The translations under genes and the position numbers were made by a program. The notes beneath the pieces were generated by a model. It did no database searches, was not told where the DNA came from, and was given only the letters and a program-made list of their open reading frames with translations. From an uncultured Chitinophagaceae bacterium (GTDB lineage: Bacteria; Planctomycetota; Planctomycetia; Pirellulales; UBA1268), in contig CAZKSP010000001.1 in assembly GCA_964555385.1 (NCBI GenBank), positions 1-41,605 on the forward strand: a stretch of 41,605 nucleotides of DNA, read 5' to 3'. This document shows, one piece after another, positions 27,030 through 34,706 of the stretch (the first letter of the stretch is position 1; each line of letters starts with the position of its first letter).

Positions 27030-27955
27030 TCACCGAAGCTGCGGGTGCCCAGGGCCTTGAACAGCTCATACGAGATGTCATCGGCCACGAAGTGGGTCGA
27101 GCCATCACACAGCAGAAACACGACGCCACCATAGTGGCTGCTGCTGAAGTGAACGATGTGGTTGGTGTGGTTGGGCGTCTTGCCCGCCATCATGCCACTC
27201 TGCCCAACATGGCCAAGCACCAGCGAACCGGGGCCTTCTGTTTTCATCGGCATCATCGCCATGCCGGCATTGCGGTTGACCCCCGGTACCGCGGCATACC
27301 AGGTGGTGTTGGCGTCGTACGGCCCTTGGTCGAAGAACTCGTGAATGTGCTTTCGCTCCCCGACACAGATCGTCTTGGAGAGGCCGTCGGTGATGTGCTT
27401 GAAGCGAATCTCGCTGTTGCGAAAGAAGACGCCGTTGCCCTGACCCGCCTCGGTGCTGACATTGTTCCAGCCGAGGATGGCGGCATAGTTGGAACTCGGC
27501 AGGGTCACGCTGCCACCGTTGTTGACCTCAAAGGTGGCCGGTGGAGCGTCGGTCGGGCAGCGATAGATATTCAGCAGCGCAGCTGCCGCCGCCGTTTCGT
27601 TCGCCGTGCCAGCTGCTTCCAGTGACTGATCGATCGCGGCGAAGACGGTGTTCTCCTCGAGGTAGGGCAGGATCAACAGACCCCAGGCATACCCCTTTGT
27701 GGTTTCGCTTGAGGACGGGTCGGCTGCCGCCACGCCCGGCGAGACATAGCCGGCTGGTAGCTTTTTCTTGGCATCGTGATGACTGTGCATCGCCAGGCCA
27801 AGTTGTTTGAGGTTGTTGGTGCAGGCCATCCGCCGGGCCGCCTCACGGGCCTGCTGCACCGCTGGCAGCAGGAATCCGACCAGCACGCCAATAATGGCGA
27901 TGACGACCAGCAGTTCGATCAAGGTAAACGCAGAGCGAGTCCGCTGTTTGGACAT
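27014..27955 (-). CDS. DUF1559 domain protein (pseudopilin-like, H-X9-DG)
   Basis: RSAFTLIELLVVIAIIGVLVGFLLPAVQQAREAARRMACTNNLKQ at the N-terminus. HYGGVVFLLCDGSTHFV (H-X9-DG) near the C-terminus. GAGGAG lies 6 nt upstream of ATG 27955. Confidence 0.9.
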   Translation of the reverse strand: MSKQRTRSAFTLIELLVVIAIIGVLVGFLLPAVQQAREAARRMACTNNLKQLGLAMHSHHDAKKKLPAGYVSPGVAAADPSSSETTKGYAWGLLILPYLEENTVFAAIDQSLEAAGTANETAAAAALLNIYRCPTDAPPATFEVNNGGSVTLPSSNYAAILGWNNVSTEAGQGNGVFFRNSEIRFKHITDGLSKTICVGERKHIHEFFDQGPYDANTTWYAAVPGVNRNAGMAMMPMKTEGPGSLVLGHVGQSGMMAGKTPNHTNHIVHFSSSHYGGVVFLLCDGSTHFVADDISYELFKALGTRSFGDQVSL

Positions 27956-28056
27956 GAGAATCTCCTCAGAATGATGTGGGCACCCACAGCCAGGCCACCG
28001 GTGGACGATCCACCAGTCAGACCATGACCGGGCGAAAGGCTTCGGAAAGAAAACCT

Positions 28057-28746
28057 TCAGCCCACGCGAGGAGGAGGCGCAGCGGGCTCGTCCCGCTCGC
28101 CGGAAAACCGGGCATCAAGCACGGGAAGCGTTGCCGGTGGCCACGCACCAGCGGCCATGGCCGCCACGACTGGCGGCGGCAGACAACTTGCTGCGGCCAG
28201 CCACTCGGTGAGCAGGCCGTTACACGCAAGCACCGATTTCAGCACGAGGGTCTGCTCCGACACCGGCACCATGTCGCCGGCAGTGGTTGCCTCAGCAGGT
28301 AAAGCGGTGACCGCCACAGGCTCGTCGGCATGCTGGCCAGCTGCCGCGAGATAGTCATATTCGAAGCAGACCTCGCTGAGATCCTCAGGAGCGGCGGTCG
28401 CACAGCAGCCACCAGCTTTTGTCTCTGCCGGTTCGGCCGCCCGCCGTTGGAGGGCCAGCAGAACGTCGGCCGTAACACCGTTGACCCGAGCCCAGGCAAG
28501 CGTCTCCGCCGGGCTCCGGCAACAGCAGTCGGTGAAGCACTGCCGGGCTGAGACGCAGCCACAGGGAGTGTTCATACAGGGAAAGGGCGTTGAGCGGTCC
28601 TTGCCGGCCAACCGCTTGGCCGCCGCAGCCGTATGGCTCGCCGTCAGCCTGACACCTCCCAGCGGCAGCCCCGAAATAACGAAGGCATATCCCAGCACCG
28701 CGCACCAGGTGACAGACCGCTGGAAAAACTGATGCCACTTCCACAT
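28057..28746 (-). CDS. Cysteine-cluster membrane protein (hypothetical)
   Basis: ORF 28057..29064 trimmed to ATG 28746, because its upstream part overlaps the TIM-barrel gene in another frame. One N-terminal helix (VTWCAVLGYAFVISGLPL), then FPCMNTPCGCVSARQCFTDCCC (7 Cys in 20 aa) and a later GGCC. It is 101 nt upstream of the DUF1559 gene. Confidence 0.5.
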   Translation of the reverse strand: MWKWHQFFQRSVTWCAVLGYAFVISGLPLGGVRLTASHTAAAAKRLAGKDRSTPFPCMNTPCGCVSARQCFTDCCCRSPAETLAWARVNGVTADVLLALQRRAAEPAETKAGGCCATAAPEDLSEVCFEYDYLAAAGQHADEPVAVTALPAEATTAGDMVPVSEQTLVLKSVLACNGLLTEWLAAASCLPPPVVAAMAAGAWPPATLPVLDARFSGERDEPAAPPPRVG

Positions 28747-28777
28747 GGAGACGATTGTAATGTCGCCGCAACGACAC

Positions 28778-29572
28778 TCAACGGCCCGCTGCAGACGATA
28801 GCCGCGCAACCGCCGCTGCCAGCTCCGCGGCTGCCTCGCTACGGCCAGTGGTAGTGGCCTCCAGCCCAACCCAGCCGCGATAGCCCCGTTCCTCGAGCGT
28901 TGCCAGCACTGCTGGCAGGTCGACCTGGCCAGTTCCCAGCGGGACCGCCCGCCCATGGCCGGCAAAGGCTCCCGGCATCGCGTCGGTGGCATGCACAAAC
29001 CCCAGGTCAGCTGCCAGCGTGGCCGCGGCAGCAGCCGGATCGTGGCCATGCACCAGCAGACCACCAGTCACCAGGTTGAACTGTAAACTGCCCGCCGGCA
29101 CTGCCGCCTGGACCTCCAGCAGTTCCTCTGGCGTTGCCTGACTGGCCTCAACACAGAAGCTCGCCCCAGCCTGTTGACTCGCCCGGCCGATGTCGGTGAG
29201 CACGTCGATCAGCAACTGCCAGGCGGGGGTATCAGATGAGGGAATCTCACCCAGCCGGCCGAGCACCACCGCCGCGCCAAGCCGCCAGGCTTGGGCCAGT
29301 GCCCGTTTGGTCGCCGCCACCCTGGCCTCCAGCCGGTCTTCGTCGGCATAGCCACCCCGGGTCGGGAAGGCGACGGCGGCCACCCGCAGGCCGGCGTCCT
29401 CGAGCCATTTGCGAATCTGCCGGATGCCTGTGTCGGTGAGATTCAACAGATCGATGCCATGCCGGCCATCAAGTTCAATACCGCCAACACCAAAATCACG
29501 GACCATGTCGAGGCCCCGCCGAAAATCGGTGGCCAGTGGCAGCAGTGGCAGACAGATTCGTGACGGTTCCAT
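28778..29572 (-). CDS. Sugar phosphate isomerase/epimerase (xylose isomerase-like TIM barrel)
   Basis: 264 aa. The alternating beta/alpha pattern with GIELD, conserved acidic/His positions (VEA, HATD, VGLE) and the length are typical of the AP-endonuclease-2/xylose-isomerase-like TIM barrel family. The call is moderately soft. Confidence 0.7.
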   Translation of the reverse strand: MEPSRICLPLLPLATDFRRGLDMVRDFGVGGIELDGRHGIDLLNLTDTGIRQIRKWLEDAGLRVAAVAFPTRGGYADEDRLEARVAATKRALAQAWRLGAAVVLGRLGEIPSSDTPAWQLLIDVLTDIGRASQQAGASFCVEASQATPEELLEVQAAVPAGSLQFNLVTGGLLVHGHDPAAAAATLAADLGFVHATDAMPGAFAGHGRAVPLGTGQVDLPAVLATLEERGYRGWVGLEATTTGRSEAAAELAAAVARLSSAAGR

Positions 29573-29672
29573 TGGTCAATCATTCACGGGGGAAACGGCA
29601 GGCCGGCTTGGCCCACGACACGGGCTGGGGGTTTTTCGCGGACATCGCTGGGGCGGCAGTGTATCCTGCCGG

Positions 29673-30506
29673 ATGATGCCGAACCTTGAAGATGTTATCA
29701 CCGCCCTTGAACAGCTGGCCCCACCCCGGCTGGCAGCCGAATGGGACAACGTCGGGCTGCTTGTCGGCACCGCTCGGCCCACAATCACTCGGCTGATGAC
29801 CTGCCTGACCCTGACGCCCGAAGTGGCCCGGGAGGCGGTGGCAGAGCAGGCCGATCTCGTCGTCAGCCACCACCCGCTACCGTTCCGACCGGTCAAGCGG
29901 ATCACCGACGACTCTGCCACCGGCAGCGTGCTGCTGGAATTGCTGGCGGCCGGCATCGGTGTCTGGAGCGGACACACCGCCTGGGACTCAGCTGCCGGCG
30001 GCATCAACCAACTGCTGGCAGAAACACTGGCCCTGGAGCATGTCGTCCCGGTCGAACCCGACGAGGCCTTACCCGACACCGGCTTTGGCCGGATGGGTAC
30101 CGCCCCGGCCGGCCGCACGGTGGCCGACTTGGCCAGGAGGCTGACCGCTGGGCTGGGCTGCCCGGGCTGCCACGTTGCCGGTGCTGGCGAACGGCCCGCC
30201 GGTCGGGTTGGTATTGTCTGTGGCAGTGGTGGTGAAAGCGTGGCCACGGTGGCAGCCGCCGGTTGCCAGACACTGGTGACCGGTGAAATCAAACTGCACG
30301 ACGCCCTCGCGGCAGTTGCCCACGACCTGGCCGTCATTGCGGTGGGTCACCATGCCAGTGAACGGTTTGCGATGGAAATACTGGCCAACCGCCTCACCAG
30401 TAGCCTGCCCAAGGTGCGTTGTTGGGCCAGCCGTACCGAAGCCGATCCCCTGGTCTGGCTACCCGCTGACCCTCAAGCCGTACCAGAGGCCGACGTTAGA
30501 AACTGA
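29673..30506 (+). CDS. Nif3-like dinuclear metal centre protein
   Basis: ATG 29673. A.WDNVGLLVG, DLVVSHHPL.F.P.K, V.S.HT.WD....G.N..LA, and the C-terminal TGE.K.HD...A......I..GHHASE, the canonical Nif3/YbgI motifs. Confidence 0.85.
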   Translation: MMPNLEDVITALEQLAPPRLAAEWDNVGLLVGTARPTITRLMTCLTLTPEVAREAVAEQADLVVSHHPLPFRPVKRITDDSATGSVLLELLAAGIGVWSGHTAWDSAAGGINQLLAETLALEHVVPVEPDEALPDTGFGRMGTAPAGRTVADLARRLTAGLGCPGCHVAGAGERPAGRVGIVCGSGGESVATVAAAGCQTLVTGEIKLHDALAAVAHDLAVIAVGHHASERFAMEILANRLTSSLPKVRCWASRTEADPLVWLPADPQAVPEADVRN

Positions 30507-31309
30507 TGACGCGATTCCTGACGGCTCTGCCGGTCTACAACGAACATGATCACGTCAACCAGGTGCTCGACCAGGTGGTCAGGTACGCCACCGACGTGCT
30601 CGTGGTGGATGATGGCTCGACTGATGGCACCTCCAAACTGCTGGCCGATCGTCAGGCCCAGCGGGGTGACATCTCCGTCATCCGTCACGAAACTAATCAG
30701 GGCTATGGCGCGGCTCTGGCCACGGCCTTTGCCGCCGCTCTGGCACCACGGCCCGACGGTAGCCAATGGGCCGGCCTGGTGACAATCGATTGTGATGGGC
30801 AGCACCAGCCACAGCTGATTCCGTCCTTCATTGCTGCAGTCGGTGATGCCGTCGCCCCGCGCATCGACATCGTCAGCGGCAGCCGGTATCTCAAGCGGTT
30901 TTCCGGTGACAGCCAGGCTCCTGAAGCCCGCCGGCAGATCAACCAACAGATCACAGCCGAGATCAACCAGCGGCTTGGCCTGTCACTCACCGATGCCTTC
31001 TGCGGCTTCAAGGCCTATTCCCGTCAGGCGCTGCTCGCCCTGCCCGTCACGGAATCCGGGTATGCCATGCCGCTGGAAGTCTGGGTGCTGGCGGCGGCGG
31101 CGGGGCTGGTGATCGAGGAACTGCCGGTGCCGCTGGTCTATCTCGATGCCAGCCGGAGCTTCGGCGGAGCACTCGATGACGCAGCCACCCGGCTGGCCCA
31201 CTATCGCGTCGTCCTTGACCGTTCTGCTCGGGCCGTTGCTAGCCGTGATGGCGAGACCGCGACGCTCGGGTATGGTGGGGAGCCTCTCAGCAGGAAGGTC
31301 GACGCGTGA
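30506..31309 (+). CDS. Glycosyltransferase family 2, soluble DPM1/GtrB-like catalytic domain
   Basis: LPVYNE...V..V........VLVVDDGSTDGT, NQGYGAAL, DCDGQH, SGSRY. No transmembrane segment is seen. The start overlaps the Nif3 stop (TGATG). Confidence 0.85.
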   Translation: MTRFLTALPVYNEHDHVNQVLDQVVRYATDVLVVDDGSTDGTSKLLADRQAQRGDISVIRHETNQGYGAALATAFAAALAPRPDGSQWAGLVTIDCDGQHQPQLIPSFIAAVGDAVAPRIDIVSGSRYLKRFSGDSQAPEARRQINQQITAEINQRLGLSLTDAFCGFKAYSRQALLALPVTESGYAMPLEVWVLAAAAGLVIEELPVPLVYLDASRSFGGALDDAATRLAHYRVVLDRSARAVASRDGETATLGYGGEPLSRKVDA

Positions 31310-32988
31310 GCAGCCCGCCCCCAACCTACCAACGCAAACACCGTCCGCCGGCAGCCTCCGGTGAGCGGCTGTTCGATCCACCACCGGTTGCCACCCCGGC
31401 CAATCCAGCGTTTGCGATCGACCAGTTGGTCGACAACAACCGGCTGCTACGGGCGGCCTTCGATACCCGCGTGGGTGACCTCAAGCTGTGGGAACTGATT
31501 GCCGCCACCCGGCGGGAACTACTGACGGTAGCCTTCGAATACACGTCGAGCTATCGCGACGCCCACCGTCCCTCCAGTACAGCCGACTGGATCAACGCAC
31601 CGATCATCATGGGGGGCCATCAGCCGGACTTATTCCATCCAGGTGTCTGGCTAAAGAACTTTGCGATCGATGCCTACGCCCGCCGACTCGGTGGCACGGC
31701 GGTGAACCTCGTGGTCGATACCGACCGCTGCAGCAGCACCAGCGTCGGGGTACCTGTTGGCACGCCGGCCACTGCCCGGCTTGAGCAGGTGCCATTCGAC
31801 CGCCCCGGGCCGGCGATCGCCTGGGAGGAGCGAGGCATCGAAGATGAGGACTGCTTTCGCAGCTTTGGGCAACGAGCCAGCGACCTGCTCGCCCCACTTG
31901 TGCCCGACTGCATCCTCAGGCGTTGGTGGCCGCTGGCAAAGGAACGAGCCGGTGAATGCCATCGTCTGGGCCTGGCATTGGCTCAGGCCCGCCATCAACT
32001 GGAAGACCGCTGGGGGTTGGAGACGCTTGAACTGCCGGTCAGTGAACTGATGCGGCTGCCGACGGTGATGATCCTCATGGCCTGGCTACTGGCCCGCAGC
32101 CGAGAGTTGCACGACGCTTACAACACCGCCCTGGCAAATTATCGAAGGCGGCACCGGCAGCGGGGCCGAGCCCGGCCCATGCCTGATCTGGCTGAGCGAA
32201 TCATCGACGCGGCTGAAGGATCATGGGTAGAAGTCCCCTGGTGGATATGGTCAGAGGATGACCTCAGCCGGCGGCGGGTCTTTGCCAACACCAACACGCC
32301 CGGCGTACTCGTTCTTTCCGATATGGAGACCCTACGGGTCGAGCTGCCGATCTCTCTTGAGACGTCGCCATCAAAATGGGTCGATGCACTCTCGCGGATG
32401 GAAGAGCATGCCCTGCGGCTGCGGCCGCGGGCGATCGTCACCACGCTGATCGCCCGGCTGCTGGTTGCCGATGTGTTCGTCCACGGCATCGGTGGGGCGG
32501 CCTATGACGAGATCACCGACGATGTGGTTCGTAGCCTGACCGGCTGTGACCCACCCCGGCATGCCGTCGTCTCCGGCACGTTGCGGCTGCCACTCGACGA
32601 GCGGTTTCCGGAATTGCTTCGCCGGCGGCCGGCAGCCGAGCTGGCAGACGTCCACCGCACCATCCGTGATCTAGAGTTTCACCCAGAGCGGCATCTTGAG
32701 CCGCTCGCAGATCAGCCCGATACGGTTCGCGATCTGGTGACAGCCAAGCGGCGCTGGATCGAAACCCGTCCCACGCCGACCCTGTCACGGCGCCGCTGCC
32801 ATGAAATCCGTGCCACGAACCGCCAACTGGCGGGCCACACACGGCAACTCCAGCAGCAGCTACTCGACAGTGTCGGTCCGCTCAATGCCGCCCGCCAGGC
32901 CCAGCAAATTCTCACCAGTCGCGACATTCCTTGGTGTTTTTTCCCCGAAAAAAAACTACAAGAGTTCCTCCTACTGGAAATTGATTGA
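31306..32988 (+). CDS. Hypothetical protein with BshC-like (bacillithiol cysteine-adding enzyme family) motifs
   Basis: 560 aa. GTG start overlaps the GT2 stop (GTGA). IIMGGHQPDLFHPGVWLKNF, then NLVVDTD about 20 aa later, RPRAIVTTL....VFVHGIGGAAYDEI near aa 395, and a helical, Arg/Gln-rich C-terminal third. BshC as I recall it has the same order and spacing (GGQQAGLLTGPLYTIHK ... AGEDHD ... TRPL....FIAGPGEINYW ... coiled coil; about 540 aa). The function call is tentative. Confidence 0.65.
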   Translation: MSSPPPTYQRKHRPPAASGERLFDPPPVATPANPAFAIDQLVDNNRLLRAAFDTRVGDLKLWELIAATRRELLTVAFEYTSSYRDAHRPSSTADWINAPIIMGGHQPDLFHPGVWLKNFAIDAYARRLGGTAVNLVVDTDRCSSTSVGVPVGTPATARLEQVPFDRPGPAIAWEERGIEDEDCFRSFGQRASDLLAPLVPDCILRRWWPLAKERAGECHRLGLALAQARHQLEDRWGLETLELPVSELMRLPTVMILMAWLLARSRELHDAYNTALANYRRRHRQRGRARPMPDLAERIIDAAEGSWVEVPWWIWSEDDLSRRRVFANTNTPGVLVLSDMETLRVELPISLETSPSKWVDALSRMEEHALRLRPRAIVTTLIARLLVADVFVHGIGGAAYDEITDDVVRSLTGCDPPRHAVVSGTLRLPLDERFPELLRRRPAAELADVHRTIRDLEFHPERHLEPLADQPDTVRDLVTAKRRWIETRPTPTLSRRRCHEIRATNRQLAGHTRQLQQQLLDSVGPLNAARQAQQILTSRDIPWCFFPEKKLQEFLLLEID

Positions 32989-33049
32989 GTTTCGGCATAT
33001 CGTGACGGCCAACGGAATGGGTTTGTAACTCCTAGGGACAGGAGACGAT

Positions 33050-34699
33050 ATGCTGCCGGCCCGATCGACTCGTACACAGCCGACTCGCAGTTCTTCAACG
33101 TCGCGGCAGCCACGCCGCCTCCCACCTCGGCGTGCCAGCCGACCAGCGGCTACGACAAGCCGACACCCGGTCAAGAAAAAAACCGGTAGCCGCGTTCGGG
33201 CCAGTAACGATGTGCAGTCTGTTGCCGTCGCTGCTCCCAAAAAGAAACGCCGCAGCACGCAGCCTGCCAGCCGCGGTGGTCGCTCCACCGCTGTCAGCAC
33301 CATCGAAATTCGGCCCTCGGGCACGGTCTTCAGCCGCCGCACTGGCAAGAAGCGGCAGGCAGTTCATCATCTTCCTGAGCATCCGCCGATTGACCTGACT
33401 CCACCGGCCTGGATGTCGGAAGACTGCCGGGTGACGCCCGCCCGTGCCGGTGATCAAACTGAAATTCTGCAGCTGCTCTCCGGGCTGCCGACCCCCCCAT
33501 CACGGGCGGAATTTCATGCCGCCGTCGATCACCCTGAGCACGACTCGTCCAACCGGCTGGTCGCCCGTCTCGCCGGCCGTATTGTCGGCCATATCGAAAT
33601 TTCGCCCCGCTCCATCATGGTGGGTGATGCCGCGGTGAAGGCGGCAGTACTCGACCGGGTGGCCATTCTGCCTGAGTGCCGTGGCGCCGGGCATGGGCAG
33701 CGGCTGGTGCAGGCGGCTGAGCAGCGGATGCGAGAACTGGGCATCGTGGTTGCCTTTTCACGGACGCGGATTGCCTCCTCGTTTCATGAGCTTGGCTGGA
33801 GCGTGCTCGGTCGCGATTGTGCTACCCCGGGTCGACCGACCGACATTCTCACTCGGCTGCTCGATCTGCCGCAGCGACACGGGCCCGAGGTGACGATGCG
33901 GCAGTGGCGGCATGTTGAACTTCCGGCCATTCTCAGGATTTACGAACAGAATGCCGGACGCTTTGTCGGGCCGCTTGCCCGCAGTGAGGTCTATGCCCGC
34001 TGGCTGATCAGTCGGGGGGCGTTTGATTCAATCATCGTCGCGCTACAGGGTAACGACCGCTACGACCTGCACGAGACGACGGCAAAAATTGTCGGCTATT
34101 GCATCCAGTCGGGAAACCGGGTGCTGGAGGTCCTGGCTGACCCTGAATACCGAGGACTGGAGCAGGAAATCCTGGCACGCGTTTGTGCCGAGGCAATCGA
34201 AAACGACCGACAGGAACTTGTCTATGAGTCGAGTCCTGCAGACCCCTTGCATCAGGCAGTGGTTGGGACGCTGGCTGACGAGCAGCCTGGTGTTCGAGGT
34301 CTGCCGCAGGACCGGATGATCGTCGCCAAGGTCTTCAATCCAGAGCAACTGCTGACCACACTCGCCCCGACTGTGGCCCAACGAGTAGCAGCCACAAACA
34401 TCCGCGAACCGGTTGAATTGGGCTTTGATAACGAGCAGTTCCGGGGATCGATCACGGTGACGGGCGACCGCAAGGATGAGCCGCGGGTCGCTGCAGTTCA
34501 CCCAGGTCGGGTCGGCCGCAGCTACCTGAAAATTTCGGACGACGAGTTCGCCCGGTTGCTGCTGGGCCAGTGTGATCCGCTTGAGGCTGTCACTGCCGGT
34601 CGACTCGAAGCCTCAACCCAGATGGCCCAAAAGCTGGCTGAGCAACTCTTTCCTCGGCTGCCTCTCTGGTGTCCCATGTGGGACGACCTGCCGGCGTAG
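33050..34699 (+). CDS. Eis-like multi-domain GNAT N-acetyltransferase with a ~120-aa basic N-terminal extension
   Basis: AGGAG lies 7 nt upstream of ATG 33050. GNAT acetyl-CoA motif VAILPECRGAGHGQRLV. A second GNAT-like region follows. The C-terminal SCP2-like block (ISDDEFARLLLGQCDPLEAVTAGRLEA....LFP..PLWCP.WD) matches the Eis-family tail pattern. Confidence 0.8.
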   Translation: MLPARSTRTQPTRSSSTSRQPRRLPPRRASRPAATTSRHPVKKKTGSRVRASNDVQSVAVAAPKKKRRSTQPASRGGRSTAVSTIEIRPSGTVFSRRTGKKRQAVHHLPEHPPIDLTPPAWMSEDCRVTPARAGDQTEILQLLSGLPTPPSRAEFHAAVDHPEHDSSNRLVARLAGRIVGHIEISPRSIMVGDAAVKAAVLDRVAILPECRGAGHGQRLVQAAEQRMRELGIVVAFSRTRIASSFHELGWSVLGRDCATPGRPTDILTRLLDLPQRHGPEVTMRQWRHVELPAILRIYEQNAGRFVGPLARSEVYARWLISRGAFDSIIVALQGNDRYDLHETTAKIVGYCIQSGNRVLEVLADPEYRGLEQEILARVCAEAIENDRQELVYESSPADPLHQAVVGTLADEQPGVRGLPQDRMIVAKVFNPEQLLTTLAPTVAQRVAATNIREPVELGFDNEQFRGSITVTGDRKDEPRVAAVHPGRVGRSYLKISDDEFARLLLGQCDPLEAVTAGRLEASTQMAQKLAEQLFPRLPLWCPMWDDLPA

Positions 34700-34706
34700 G
34701 CCAAAA

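Noticed and set aside
28747-29064. N-terminal 106 codons of ORF 28057..29064
   Set aside because: This part overlaps the 3' end of the TIM-barrel gene (28778..29572) in another frame and is Trp/Arg/Cys-rich noise. The gene was trimmed to ATG 28746, just downstream of the TIM-barrel stop.
29576-30337. 253-aa minus-strand ORF opposite the Nif3 gene
   Set aside because: It is antisense to a gene with clear Nif3 motifs. Its Ser/Pro/Ala/Thr-rich composition is typical of GC-rich antisense frames.
33413-33415. Alternative start (MSEDCRV) for the GNAT gene that would remove the basic N-terminal extension
   Set aside because: Not adopted as primary, because ATG 33050 has a near-ideal AGGAG at 7 nt whereas no comparable signal precedes 33413. 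It is kept as the explicit refutation test for the extension finding.
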